Source of the DNA: Bacilli bacterium
GTDB taxonomy: Bacteria; Bacillota_I; Bacilli_A; RFN20; CAG-826
Assembly: GCA_024408505.1 (NCBI GenBank)
Contig: JAKSUZ010000005.1
Span: 2,055-66,054 of the forward strand
Reading direction: 5' to 3'
DNA length: 64,000 nucleotides
The notes beneath the pieces were generated by a model. It did not search any database, had not been told where the DNA came from, and saw only the letters and a list, made by a program, of their open reading frames with translations. Positions 1 to 10,238 of the stretch are shown in pieces. The position numbers and the translations under genes are program-made. Each line of letters starts with the position of its first letter. The stretch's first letter is position 1.

Positions 1-1320
1 CCATGTATCTTGAAGGACCATTCCGAAAAGTGAACGAACATACTTGCGATTCATGTCTCTAGTGTTGATGCCATCAATTTCAATACTTCCACTATTAACA
101 TCATAAAAACGCATTAATAAATTTATAAGAGTAGTTTTACCCGCGCCAGTATGTCCAACAATAGCAATTTTTTGTCCTTTTAAAACTTTTTCCGAAAAAT
201 TAACAATCACATTTTTCTTATTTTTATATCCAAAATTTACATTATTAAAAGTAACCTTACCTTCGATTTTTTTAATCTTTAAAGTCTTATTAGTTTCATC
301 AATTTCCTCTTTTTCGTTTAAGAACGAGGATAATCTTTTAGACGAAGCAACAATTCTTCCACTATTAGAAAAGATTTGAGCAAACGCCAATAAAGGAGCA
401 ATTAATTGCGCGCCATATGAAACAGCTGCAACGATGGTTGCAATATCATCAGGCGAACCACCGTACATTCCAATTAAGTATCCGCTAAGTAAACAAATTA
501 TGGTAAATATAAAATTGCCAAAAAAGTTCAAAATCGGGGAGAAAGATTCATTAAGAAATTCCGCGATAATAGAGGTTTTTCTTAGTTTTTCGTTAACAAT
601 ATCAAATTTTTTTTGATATCTCTCAGTAGCGTTGAATGACTTAATAAGAATCTGAGCATCATAGTCTTCTTCGCTTTTTATCGTAATATTAGAAATCAAT
701 AATTGTTCATCGCAAAACCGGTTTACAATCTTTTTGCCTACAAATGAAACAACAGCTAAGGCAAGTGGTAACGATAATAAAACCGATAAGCCGATAGCCC
801 AATGGAAAAGGAATAAAATGATGACGGAACCAAATAAAGTTATAGTTGTGGAATATAAATTAAATAAGATAATATCCAACGAAGATGAAAGCAAATTGGT
901 GTCGTTGATAATATAACTTAAAATTTCTCCTATATCGTGATTATCGAAATAAGAAATCGGAAGTAAATCATTTTTTTGTGAAAGATCACTCCTTATTTTA
1001 TTACCTATTTTTGAAGTTACTCCATATACTATGTAAGTTTGCATAACACAAAATATAAAAGCGGTTAAAAGCAGGGCTAAAGTTATCGACCCCCACATCT
1101 TAATAGCATCAAAATTCCAAGTTCCATCCGGACGAGTAGCCACAATAATTAACTTAGATATCTCCTTAATTGTCAAAGGAATGCATAGAGAAGCAACCGA
1201 ACTAAACAAGCCTAACGTAGAGGAAATGAAAATTGAAAATTTATGTGGAGATAAATATGGAAGTAAAAACCGCAATGCAAAACTAAGGTGATTAGTATTA
1301 GGCTTTTGTCTAGCTTTCAT
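1..1320 (-). CDS. ABC transporter ATP-binding/permease protein (exporter half-transporter), partial; C-terminus lies beyond the left edge
   Basis: Not in the ORF track because it runs off the window. My minus-strand translation from the ATG at 1320 (ATGA overlap with the stop of 1317..3068) gives a hydrophobic multi-TM N-terminal half. A Walker A motif 'GHTGAGKTT' follows near the window edge. Architecture matches the neighbouring gene. Confidence 0.85.
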   Translation of the reverse strand, partial: MKARQKPNTNHLSFALRFLLPYLSPHKFSIFISSTLGLFSSVASLCIPLTIKEISKLIIVATRPDGTWNFDAIKMWGSITLALLLTAFIFCVMQTYIVYGVTSKIGNKIRSDLSQKNDLLPISYFDNHDIGEILSYIINDTNLLSSSLDIILFNLYSTTITLFGSVIILFLFHWAIGLSVLLSLPLALAVVSFVGKKIVNRFCDEQLLISNITIKSEEDYDAQILIKSFNATERYQKKFDIVNEKLRKTSIIAEFLNESFSPILNFFGNFIFTIICLLSGYLIGMYGGSPDDIATIVAAVSYGAQLIAPLLAFAQIFSNSGRIVASSKRLSSFLNEKEEIDETNKTLKIKKIEGKVTFNNVNFGYKNKKNVIVNFSEKVLKGQKIAIVGHTGAGKTTLINLLMRFYDVNSGSIEIDGINTRDMNRKYVRSLFGMVLQDTW

Positions 1321-3068
1321 GACAATAACTCCACGCTACCAACTTGAGAAGTAGCAAAATTATAATACGTCTTGCATGTTTTAAATAATTCACGATGCTT
1401 ACCTTGGCCAATTATTCTTCCGTTTTCTAATACAATGATATTATCTGCACGCATAATTGCGCTAACCCGCTGTGAAACTATTACTTTGGTAATGTTTTTA
1501 TAGTTAGTGTCAATGGCTGAATATATCTTTTTAACCGTTAAGTAATCTAAAGAAGAGAAAGAATCATCTAATACCAATATTTCTGGATTACAAATTAAGG
1601 CTCTAGCAATACATAAGCGTTGGCTTTGTCCCCCGCTTACATTTTTCCCACCTCGCGAAATAGTTGAGTTAATTTTACCTTTCATTCTATTTACAAATTC
1701 AAATGATTGCGAAGCAATTAGTGCGGTCTTAAGCTCAGCGTTGGTCGCGTTTGGTTTTCCTAAGCAAACGTTATTTTTGATTGAATCATGGAAAAGAAAA
1801 GATTTTTGTGGAACCCATGATATTTTTTCATAGAGTGAATTTAAAGAAACCTCGTTAATATTTTGATTGTTTATTAAAATATTTCCTTTTTGCGGTTCGA
1901 AAAAATGTAAAAGCAAATTAACAATCGTTGTTTTACCCGATCCGGTCGAGCCAATAAACGCGATGGTTTCGCCCTTTTTAACAGTAAAAGTGATGTTTTT
2001 TAACACTGGGACTGTACTGCCAGGATAAGTAAAAGTAATATTATCGAATTTTATAGAAACAGGACTGTTGTTGTCCTCAATATCGTTATTTGAATTAGAT
2101 AATTTCATCTCCGTTTCCAACACTTCGTTTATCCTTTTTATACAAATCGAAGTTTGTGGAATCATGGCTATTACAATTATTATAGTAATAAATCCAGACA
2201 ACAAAAGACTACCAAATTGAATTATTACCGCTATTTGATCATAGCGTAAATCACCTTGCGAATCTTTGATTAATATAGCGCCGATTAAAGTGATAGATAA
2301 TGTAACAGCACCGGTAATTAATTGAAGAACGGGAGTTAACATTCCTAGGACACGATTAACAAAACGATTATTCATAGTAAATTTATGATTCGTTTTTCTA
2401 AATTTAGTTTCTTGATACATTTCTGCGTTGTAAGCACGAATAGTACGTAATCCATCTAATTTTTCTTTACTGATGTTATTAATATCATCCATTTGTTGTT
2501 CAATTATACGGAAACGAGGTAAGACAAATATTGCACCAATCATAATCGAAGTTATTAGCACTACCACCGCAATAACAATGACTAGAACTAACTGGTAGTG
2601 GCAACCCTCAATAATTAAAAACGATAAAGCCCCAAGTACCAATAGAGGACCATGAAACAAATCGTGTAACAAGACAGTTGTAATAGAACCAACTATTCTA
2701 ATATCTTCGGTTGTTCTAGTCACAAGGCTTTCAACTCCGAAATTGTTTATTTCATTTAAAGAAAGAGATAATACTTTTTTGTGTAAATTAGACCGCACTT
2801 TTGCTAACGCATTTGTAGAAGCGCGTGACGCAATCCAGGAATTAATCAAATTAACTATAATCGAAGCGAACGATGAAAGAAGTATAAATAAAGAGTAGAG
2901 TAAAATATCATTTAATAGAGATTGGCGCGAAGGACTATTGACTATTTGAATAATGTAACCCATGAAAGTAGGAATTAAGAATTCAAAAGCAATTTGAAAC
3001 AAAGTTAAAAAAGAAATAATTAATATTGCTATTAGTAAACTTTTGTTTTTAAATACAAATTTAATCAT
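1317..3068 (-). CDS. ABC transporter ATP-binding/permease protein (exporter type, partner of 1..1320)
   Basis: 583-aa ORF. The N-terminal half has six TM segments. Walker A 'GSTGSGKTT', ABC signature 'VSGGQSQR' and Walker B 'ILVLDD' are present. Translationally coupled to the downstream paralogue. Confidence 0.9.
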   Translation of the reverse strand: MIKFVFKNKSLLIAILIISFLTLFQIAFEFLIPTFMGYIIQIVNSPSRQSLLNDILLYSLFILLSSFASIIVNLINSWIASRASTNALAKVRSNLHKKVLSLSLNEINNFGVESLVTRTTEDIRIVGSITTVLLHDLFHGPLLVLGALSFLIIEGCHYQLVLVIVIAVVVLITSIMIGAIFVLPRFRIIEQQMDDINNISKEKLDGLRTIRAYNAEMYQETKFRKTNHKFTMNNRFVNRVLGMLTPVLQLITGAVTLSITLIGAILIKDSQGDLRYDQIAVIIQFGSLLLSGFITIIIVIAMIPQTSICIKRINEVLETEMKLSNSNNDIEDNNSPVSIKFDNITFTYPGSTVPVLKNITFTVKKGETIAFIGSTGSGKTTIVNLLLHFFEPQKGNILINNQNINEVSLNSLYEKISWVPQKSFLFHDSIKNNVCLGKPNATNAELKTALIASQSFEFVNRMKGKINSTISRGGKNVSGGQSQRLCIARALICNPEILVLDDSFSSLDYLTVKKIYSAIDTNYKNITKVIVSQRVSAIMRADNIIVLENGRIIGQGKHRELFKTCKTYYNFATSQVGSVELLS

Positions 3069-3261
3069 CTTGAATGCAATAATTAATAACTGCTTAACAA
3101 CGAATTTTAAACCTAGTTTAAAATCTTAGTTTTTTTAGAAAATCTAACTAAAACCGTATTTATTTTAAAACTTTTTTTGTTAAATAGTAAAATAAAATTA
3201 TTTTAAATGACCGAATTTTCATAATTAAACTCGTCGTTCCGACCATTTTTTATTTAATCAA

Positions 3262-4389
3262 TTAAATACAGAAAGCGGGGGCAACAGCGCGTGAATAAAA
3301 GGTAACATCAGACCAGTCGCAAAGAGTACCATCGTCATGAATATGGTATGCGACAGTAATGTCAGATGTATTAGGTGAACGGAGCCAATAGAGTTCTCCG
3401 TCAGCCCCATTTACCGCTTTTTTGACTCGATAGGACTTATCGGCGTCCTCATCGCTGCCATGATTTTTATAATATTCATAAATACCATTAGTTTCACCAG
3501 GAGTGACCGCTTCGCCATCAGGGTTATGTATTTCATTGTATGCTAATGAGAAAAGGTAAGGGCATCTGTCTTCTTCAAAAGATAACGCTTCATATTCATT
3601 GTATTCATTAATTGATACCCCGACTTTCTTATTAACCGGTTTAATCACTTCTCTTAAATTATCGGGAAAACGATTAATTACACTATCGATTTCAGCAGCT
3701 TTACTATTCAAAGCTTTATTAAGGGCCGATTCACGATAATCGAAGTTATGATCATATTTATCCCACACAGTCATAAATGTATCGGTAGGTGCATCTATGC
3801 CTTTCGTAATTACATCTGCAAATTCAAAAGTAATGCCAGCCTTGCCAGAGCCATCCGCTAAATCATCATGATTGAATCCGATAATTCTTACAGTATGAGG
3901 AAATGATTGAGGCGTTCCATTTTCTATAAGATTAACTTTTTTGCAATTAAGTTCCGGTTTCGCTGAATCATAGATATCAAAAAATTCTTTTGCTCTACCA
4001 GTCATAGATATTTCATTAATCTCTGCCCAGGTGCATTCTTCTAATGTTTTATTAATTCCCTGTGCGGCAATAGATAAATTGCCCACCACTGGAATTATAA
4101 TTTCTCCAGTCTTAGGAAAATATTCAAAGGGGATAGTTTCTTCACCATTCTTAACCGAAATAGAACTTTCTAGTGGGTTATGATATTCTGCTGTGCCTTT
4201 AAGATAAAATTTTGCATACAGCGTTTTTGAATTCTCTGGCACAGATATGTCCGTAGTAATCTCTTTCCCTTCGGCGTTCAAAACTTTACAGTTAGAACAA
4301 TTAAAAGTGAAAGTGTAGCCACCACCCTTGTTGCACGCTAAAAAAGAAATAGCCATTAAAGGCAATACAATAAAACCTAGTTTTTTCAT
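3262..4389 (-). CDS. Surface lipoprotein with a C-terminal 'WLRSPN...APAFCI' module (DUF6273-like by eye)
   Basis: The likely start is the internal Met giving 'MKKLGFIVLPLMAISFLAC' (lipobox), with an AGAGG Shine-Dalgarno sequence 11 nt upstream. The ORF-track start at 4431 adds 14 unlikely residues. Paralogue of 5820..6761, sharing 'EEC(T/S)W..I.EIS.TG(R/K)A' and the C-terminal 'RSPNT...APAFCI'. Confidence 0.6.
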   Translation of the reverse strand: MKKLGFIVLPLMAISFLACNKGGGYTFTFNCSNCKVLNAEGKEITTDISVPENSKTLYAKFYLKGTAEYHNPLESSISVKNGEETIPFEYFPKTGEIIIPVVGNLSIAAQGINKTLEECTWAEINEISMTGRAKEFFDIYDSAKPELNCKKVNLIENGTPQSFPHTVRIIGFNHDDLADGSGKAGITFEFADVITKGIDAPTDTFMTVWDKYDHNFDYRESALNKALNSKAAEIDSVINRFPDNLREVIKPVNKKVGVSINEYNEYEALSFEEDRCPYLFSLAYNEIHNPDGEAVTPGETNGIYEYYKNHGSDEDADKSYRVKKAVNGADGELYWLRSPNTSDITVAYHIHDDGTLCDWSDVTFYSRAVAPAFCI

Positions 4390-4451
4390 ATAATGAAAAC
4401 CTCTATGATTTATTATACAATAAAAAGACAAATAAATGAAAATGTGGAAAT

Positions 4452-5804
4452 TTATATATATAAATATTTTTTGATATCGGTAATAGTTAGAACCTTAGTC
4501 TTAATATCGTTTCTAAATTTAAATGGTTTAAATTTCTTACCAGTAGCGAGATTAACTGTTTCTACAAATTTAAATGGAGAAGCAGTTGAGACAATAACGG
4601 TTTTATTTTTTAGATTAAATTTCTTTTGCCCTAAATAGCCAACCGCAGTGTGTGGATCAATTAAATAATGTTTAGAAGAATATAATTCTTTAATTCCGTT
4701 AACCGTTTGTTTAGAAGTAATAGATACGCTTAAGAAATCTTTTAATTTATTCTTTAATTGTTCACTGATTTTATATTTGCCAGTTTTATCTAATGAATCC
4801 ATATATTTCTTAGTTTCTTTATAGCTTGAATTTAAGAATAATAATCTTTCTAGATTAGACGACACTAAAATGTCCATTGCAGGCGAATTAGTCTTATAAA
4901 ATTTACGGTTCCGATTATAAATACCAGTTTTAAAGAAATCAGTTAACACATTATTTTCATTCGAAGCACAAATGAGTTTATCAATCGGTAATCCCATCTT
5001 TTTTGCGATATAACCTGCTAAGATATCTCCAAAGTTACCAGTTGGGACTGAATAATTAACTCGACTATTTAATTTAATAAATCCTTTATTAACTAAATCA
5101 TAATAAGAAGCAAAATAATAAACGACTTGAGGAATTAATCTAGCGATATTAATCGAATTCGCGCTCGTTAATAAAACATTTTTACTCTTTTGATCATTTA
5201 ATAATTCTTTGACTGTTCTTTGACAATCATCGAAATTACCATTAATGGCAAAAGCATGCGAATGAGAAGTTTGTAAACTCTTCATTTGATTCTCTTGCGT
5301 ATTACTTACGCCTTTATTTGGATATAAGACCACTACTTCAATATCTTTATAATCATGGAAAGCGTTTAAGACTGCTCCACCAGTATCACCACTAGTAGCC
5401 ACCACAATCTTAATTTTCTTTTTTAGTTTTAGCTTCTTTTTAGCGATATCCATAAAATATGGAAGAGCGGATAAGGCCATATCTTTAAAAGCGTAGGTAT
5501 TGCCATGATATAGTTCAAGAAACGCTATATCATTAATAATCTTTGTTTTATAAAAACATTGTTTAAAGTTTTTCTTGCTATAGGCTTTATTAACTATCTC
5601 GTTTATTTCTTTGTTTGAAAAATCAGAGAAAAAACTTTTAAAGATTAATTTAGCAAAATCTTGATAAGAATATTTTAGATATTTATTAGAAGGTTTAATC
5701 TTACTAATTTTAATCGGAGTAAATAATCCTTTATCTTTAGCGATGCCATAAATAATTGCTTCGCTACTGGTGACTTTTAAGTTACTTCTGGTTGAGGTGA
5801 ACAT
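4452..5804 (-). CDS. thrC: Threonine synthase
   Basis: 450 aa. The N-terminus 'TRSN...EAIIYGIAKDKGLFTP', PLP-lysine context 'YAFKDMAL' and 'ATSGDTGGA' are typical of long-form ThrC. Confidence 0.9.
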   Translation of the reverse strand: MFTSTRSNLKVTSSEAIIYGIAKDKGLFTPIKISKIKPSNKYLKYSYQDFAKLIFKSFFSDFSNKEINEIVNKAYSKKNFKQCFYKTKIINDIAFLELYHGNTYAFKDMALSALPYFMDIAKKKLKLKKKIKIVVATSGDTGGAVLNAFHDYKDIEVVVLYPNKGVSNTQENQMKSLQTSHSHAFAINGNFDDCQRTVKELLNDQKSKNVLLTSANSINIARLIPQVVYYFASYYDLVNKGFIKLNSRVNYSVPTGNFGDILAGYIAKKMGLPIDKLICASNENNVLTDFFKTGIYNRNRKFYKTNSPAMDILVSSNLERLLFLNSSYKETKKYMDSLDKTGKYKISEQLKNKLKDFLSVSITSKQTVNGIKELYSSKHYLIDPHTAVGYLGQKKFNLKNKTVIVSTASPFKFVETVNLATGKKFKPFKFRNDIKTKVLTITDIKKYLYI

Positions 5805-5819
5805 ATTTATATCTCAATA

Positions 5820-6761
5820 TCATATACAAAAAGCAGGAGCAAGTGATCTTGCATAAGAATCAACACGATTGTTACCTATGCTGCCATTTGATCCAATGAG
5901 CCAAGCAAAATCATTATTATTCGTATTAGGAGAGCGACTCCATGCATAGCCTCCACCATCTTTCTCGTTATAACCAGCATAACTCATAACGGGATATTGA
6001 AATTTTTGCTCATCGCTTTTTACATATGTATACTCAGTCATTATTTCATCGCATTTTATTTGTTTTTTAACACGCCTTTTAAGTATGTCCTTATCACCTA
6101 AATAATAATCATAAATGTCACCCTGCTCTGTGGTATTACCCATTTCTTCTGGTGATAATAAGAATAACTTATCGTAATCGCCATTACTATTCACTATTTC
6201 TTTGCTAACCCATACGCCTTTTTCAAAACACATTACACTTTTCTTAGGAGCGGTTATTGCATTCAGTAAATCTGGATTATCTTTATTTAACATGTCAAGT
6301 ACTGAACTTTTATCACTCGACCATGTAGTAGCGTTAAAATGCGCCCATAAGATATGACCTTTATCTTGTTTCTCGCCAACTAATGCCATACGAACTGATG
6401 AATCGAGATAATTATGATTAGAAATCGATTGGTTACTAATATCGTTCCATTGAGTGGCTAGTGAATAACCACTACTATCACTAATTAAATTAACGAATTC
6501 AAAAGTAATACCGATATTGTTTCCATCTTTATCAACATCTTTATTAAAATCAATAATTCTCACTTTGTGAGGTAAGCTATTTACGGTAACAGTTTTTTCA
6601 TCCCCGATTTTGAAATAGTCATTAGCTTTACCAGTTTGTGAAATTTCTTTAATTTTTTCCCAACTACATTCTTCTAGTGTTAATAAAGGTTCTGATTTAT
6701 TACAATTAGCCAATAATGATAATGTCATTATTGATATTGCTATTACACATATTTTTTTCAT
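5820..6761 (-). CDS. Surface lipoprotein, paralogue of 3262..4389 (DUF6273-like C-terminus)
   Basis: Signal peptide 'MKKICVIAISIMTLSLLANC'. Shares 'LEECSWEKIKEISQTGKA', 'HKVRIIDFN...GITFEF' and the C-terminal 'WSRSPNT...SLAPAFCI' with the gene at 3262..4389. Confidence 0.6.
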   Translation of the reverse strand: MKKICVIAISIMTLSLLANCNKSEPLLTLEECSWEKIKEISQTGKANDYFKIGDEKTVTVNSLPHKVRIIDFNKDVDKDGNNIGITFEFVNLISDSSGYSLATQWNDISNQSISNHNYLDSSVRMALVGEKQDKGHILWAHFNATTWSSDKSSVLDMLNKDNPDLLNAITAPKKSVMCFEKGVWVSKEIVNSNGDYDKLFLLSPEEMGNTTEQGDIYDYYLGDKDILKRRVKKQIKCDEIMTEYTYVKSDEQKFQYPVMSYAGYNEKDGGGYAWSRSPNTNNNDFAWLIGSNGSIGNNRVDSYARSLAPAFCI

Positions 6762-6789
6762 ACTAAGTCTATTATATTAAATTAAAAAT

Positions 6790-8208
6790 CTATTGGCCAA
6801 CAATAATCGCCGCATGCTTGCTCCAATTAGGATCATTCTTATACGAATCAATTATATTGTTAGGGACAATTATTTTGCCATAGTTATAAGCCACTGGAGT
6901 GTCGACTCCAATCCCGGTTTCGCCATAAGCAACAAATTCAGGATTAGCCGTTAAATCAAGCTCAGAAAGCATGGTGTGGTTAAAAGATAAATGACCCATA
7001 TTCTTAATACGATTAGAAATTTTAATGTGAGTAATGGAGATATCATATTGGAAAGAAGAATTTAATGTTAATTCACCTTCTCCGTTTTCAAACGTTATAT
7101 CAGAAAGGGAACTGCAATACTGAAATGCCGCTTCATTGATTGCAGTAATGTTATTAGGAATAGTAAGATTTTCTAATAAGGCGTTTTCGCTAAATGCTTT
7201 TCTAGAAATAACTGAAAGTCCTTTGCCGAGAGTAAGATTCCTGTTTGAAGCACAAAAACGAAATGCTTCTTCACCTAATATATTAAGTGAATCGGGAAGA
7301 TGAATGGATTCTAAACTCACACAAGCAAAGAAAGCTGCTTTGGCTATTTCTTTTAATTCGCTATTAAAATAAACATGGTGAAGAGCTGGGCAAGCAAAAA
7401 AGGCATAATCGCCAATTCTAGTTACATCATTAGGAATATCAATAAAATCTAAACTTATGCATAAATTAAAAGCACTATCAGGAATTTCTTTAATAGTGTT
7501 CGGTAGATCAATTGCCATCAACCAATCGCATGTCGTATATGCATATGGCGGAATAGTGGTATTAGAATCAGACAAGGAAATTCCGTAGATAAAAGTATTA
7601 CCATCGGTATATGTAGAATCGATAAATTTCGTGCCGTCTGCCAAACTAAAATCATCAATCGGTCCATCGATTCTAATTACATAATTACCTTCTGGTGCAG
7701 TATCGCTATAAGTGATGGTACAAGCTTCCTCGCTTTTTGTTACTGTGTAATCTTTATTTATTTCTAACCCTTCTACTTCAACATTTCTACAAGTTTTATT
7801 TCTGTACTTAAACATGATTTGGTTATGACTTTCGACTGTAGAGTCTTTATAAAAATTGTGTAAAAGATAAGTTTTATCCGAATGTTTTTTAACATTATAT
7901 TGAGCATAAATTACTGTATTTTCATTAATAATGTAATTTTCATCAATCGGGGATTCGCCATACATGTCAAGTGCCCAGCCTTTAAATGTATGCACATCTT
8001 TAAAATAAGGCACGGGATTAGCAAATCCTTGTATGTCTTTTAATTTAGTTCCTTTGATAGCGTTTAATTTCATTGTCGCTACTAGCGAGGCATCATTGAA
8101 CGATCCCCAAATACCATTTAAAGTTACTTGAACAGGGGTTGGCTTACTAGCGCAACTAGTAAGACTAAAGCCTAATAATAATAAGAATGAAAGAAAGAAC
8201 TTTTTCAT
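6790..8208 (-). CDS. BspA-type leucine-rich-repeat surface lipoprotein
   Basis: Start chosen at 'MKKFFLSFLLLLGFSLTSC', with an AGGAG Shine-Dalgarno sequence 5 nt upstream. The C-terminal half carries repeated 'IP..V..I...AF..C..L..I.L' units typical of BspA-like LRR_5 repeats. Confidence 0.75.
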   Translation of the reverse strand: MKKFFLSFLLLLGFSLTSCASKPTPVQVTLNGIWGSFNDASLVATMKLNAIKGTKLKDIQGFANPVPYFKDVHTFKGWALDMYGESPIDENYIINENTVIYAQYNVKKHSDKTYLLHNFYKDSTVESHNQIMFKYRNKTCRNVEVEGLEINKDYTVTKSEEACTITYSDTAPEGNYVIRIDGPIDDFSLADGTKFIDSTYTDGNTFIYGISLSDSNTTIPPYAYTTCDWLMAIDLPNTIKEIPDSAFNLCISLDFIDIPNDVTRIGDYAFFACPALHHVYFNSELKEIAKAAFFACVSLESIHLPDSLNILGEEAFRFCASNRNLTLGKGLSVISRKAFSENALLENLTIPNNITAINEAAFQYCSSLSDITFENGEGELTLNSSFQYDISITHIKISNRIKNMGHLSFNHTMLSELDLTANPEFVAYGETGIGVDTPVAYNYGKIIVPNNIIDSYKNDPNWSKHAAIIVGQ

Positions 8209-8256
8209 ATTAACTCCTAACATTAATTATAAAACGAAACATATCAAAATGGAGTA

Positions 8257-9351
8257 TTAATCCTCATTAGGATTCTTTAGGTAATATTTCCACGACTCAC
8301 GCCAAATTTTAAAATAGAGTAACATTAATCTTGTTAAACGCTTTCTAACATCCTTTGAATAGCCAATGTGATTGGTGATAAATGATTTAAATTTAAGCGC
8401 TATTAGATGTAATCTATAACTAAGAATAGAATCAATGCCCCCTAATGAATTAACCATTTTATCAATCATGAATTCACAATCTTCTACGCTTATTAAATTA
8501 ATCCATTGGATTAACGTCCGACGACGTGCTTTAACCGATTTAGTCTCTTTCTTTGAATATTTAAAGTTGCCTTCCTTATTAATAGCCCATGCATAAGGAT
8601 TATGTTGCAAGAAATGCACGCTCTTTGCTTTAACAATTAATTTGTTCTTTGGAGTGTAAAGAAGACAACCAACCACATCATTCTTAGGTACAAATTGAAC
8701 TATCTTGTCTTTGACACGAACATACTTATCTAGACCAAAGATATTTCTATCTTTAAAACCAGGAGCATCAAAAATATAGGCTTTATTAATTCGATCTTGG
8801 ATATGCTGTCTTGCATAAATCGCTGCGAACATAGCATGGTTTCCACCTTTAGAATGCCCACCGATTAAAAATGGTCCATTAATTTTTTTACTAATATAGT
8901 CAGTATAGTTAAGAGCCTCGACTTGTGAAGGAATAACCTTATCAATAAGAAGCATTAAATCTTCTTTCCAACCTACTAAGGTTAAATCAGTACCGCGAAG
9001 ACAAATAAATGGATAATAATCAGGAATGATTAATGTCATTGCGAAAAACTGAATCGTGTTTAATTTATCATGTACACTACGGATATATTTAACCTCAATG
9101 TTTTGATACCGCTTTTTTGTTTTTAAAAGACGAATCATCTTTTCATTTGGCTTAGTGGTAAATTCACCAGCACACAATCTAACAATCGAATTATCAGGAA
9201 TATCGCCTATACGCATCGATTCGCCTTTTTCTATGTATAATTCAAAATTTAAATAAGAAAGGGTAACTAATATAAGTGCATCAACATCAGTGAAAGGCTT
9301 CTCTTTAAAAGAAAAGTTGCCGTATTTCTTAATGTAACCAAAGATATTCAT
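8257..9351 (-). CDS. Mbeg1-like / DUF2974 alpha/beta-hydrolase (lipase-like)
   Basis: 364 aa with the nucleophile elbow 'GGHSKGGNHA' characteristic of DUF2974 proteins. No signal peptide. Confidence 0.6.
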   Translation of the reverse strand: MNIFGYIKKYGNFSFKEKPFTDVDALILVTLSYLNFELYIEKGESMRIGDIPDNSIVRLCAGEFTTKPNEKMIRLLKTKKRYQNIEVKYIRSVHDKLNTIQFFAMTLIIPDYYPFICLRGTDLTLVGWKEDLMLLIDKVIPSQVEALNYTDYISKKINGPFLIGGHSKGGNHAMFAAIYARQHIQDRINKAYIFDAPGFKDRNIFGLDKYVRVKDKIVQFVPKNDVVGCLLYTPKNKLIVKAKSVHFLQHNPYAWAINKEGNFKYSKKETKSVKARRRTLIQWINLISVEDCEFMIDKMVNSLGGIDSILSYRLHLIALKFKSFITNHIGYSKDVRKRLTRLMLLYFKIWRESWKYYLKNPNED

Positions 9352-9419
9352 GTTTTAATTTTAACACTAATGACACTTATTTTTTTATTTTGTAAAAATA
9401 AATGGTATACAATATAAGC

Positions 9420-10238
9420 ATGAATTTAAAAGCATTCATTAATTATTATCGTTCGCAAAGACCGATTCAAATCAAAGATAACAAAGATATCATTGTGATG
9501 TCTTTTAACATTCGTTGCATTAGCGATGCTGATAAGGGTAATAAATATTATAAAGTAAGACTGCCTTATATTCGTAAAGTTCTGGAAGAAGAAAACCCTG
9601 ATATTATTGGTTTTCAAGAAGTAAAAGTTAATCAATTTAAGTATTTACTTAAGATATTAAAAGATTACGAATACGAATACAAAAAAAGAGACGAAAGAAA
9701 AGATGGAGAAGCTACTCCGGTGTTTTATAAGAAAAATCGTTTTACCTGTTTAGCAAGGGATACATTCTGGCTCTCTGATACTTATAAAGAAATGAGTAAT
9801 ACCTTTGGTGGTAGTTGCGCAAGAATCTGTTCGTACGTATGTTTAAAAGATAAAAACACTAATAAAGAAATTTGTATCTTTAATGCCCATCTTGATCATA
9901 AAAGCGATAATGCAAGAATTAAAGGAATTAAACTAATCAAACGATTAATTGGTGAATTTAAATATATGGATATTCCTCATTTAATTATCGGTGATATGAA
10001 TGAACATTATGGAAGTGCAACCGTTAACGAATTATTCTCGAATTATGTTGATGCCTCTAAATTAAGAAATGATCCTAACGAAATCACTTTCCATAACTAC
10101 GGAACTGATAAACAAAAAATTGATTACATTGCTTTATCTAAAGATATTAAGCAGTTAGACTACAAAGTTGTAACTACTAAATTTGGTGATATTTACCCTA
10201 GCGATCATTACCCGATTGAGGTAACTATTAATGTTTAA
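9420..10238 (+). CDS. Endonuclease/exonuclease/phosphatase (EEP) family protein
   Basis: EEP motifs 'VMSFNIR', 'IIGFQE', 'NAHLDH', 'GDMN' and 'SDHYPI'. The ORF-track start at 9402 overlaps a TG-n-TATACAAT -10 box, so ATG 9420 is preferred. The start is uncertain by 18 nt. Confidence 0.7.
   Translation: MNLKAFINYYRSQRPIQIKDNKDIIVMSFNIRCISDADKGNKYYKVRLPYIRKVLEEENPDIIGFQEVKVNQFKYLLKILKDYEYEYKKRDERKDGEATPVFYKKNRFTCLARDTFWLSDTYKEMSNTFGGSCARICSYVCLKDKNTNKEICIFNAHLDHKSDNARIKGIKLIKRLIGEFKYMDIPHLIIGDMNEHYGSATVNELFSNYVDASKLRNDPNEITFHNYGTDKQKIDYIALSKDIKQLDYKVVTTKFGDIYPSDHYPIEVTINV

Noticed and set aside
434-916. Plus-strand 60-aa ORFs at 434..616 and 734..916.
   Set aside because: They are antisense to the partial ABC exporter gene (1..1320, minus), whose translation carries a Walker A motif and TM segments. 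They have no start signals.
3069-3261. Possible structured RNA or terminator in the 190-nt spacer upstream of the ABC exporter genes.
   Set aside because: Only short (5-6 bp) AT-rich inverted repeats and one G-U-rich imperfect stem could be drawn. Nothing rises above what is expected in this base composition.
4393-4638. Plus-strand 81-aa ORF spanning the lipoprotein/thrC junction, and the 69-aa ORF at 9426..9635.
   Set aside because: They overlap the 3' end of thrC and the start of the lipoprotein gene on the opposite strand (respectively the EEP gene). They are hydrophobic, low-information translations.
5805-5819. T-box or attenuator leader controlling thrC.
   Set aside because: Only 15 nt separate thrC from the upstream lipoprotein gene, so no leader structure can fit.
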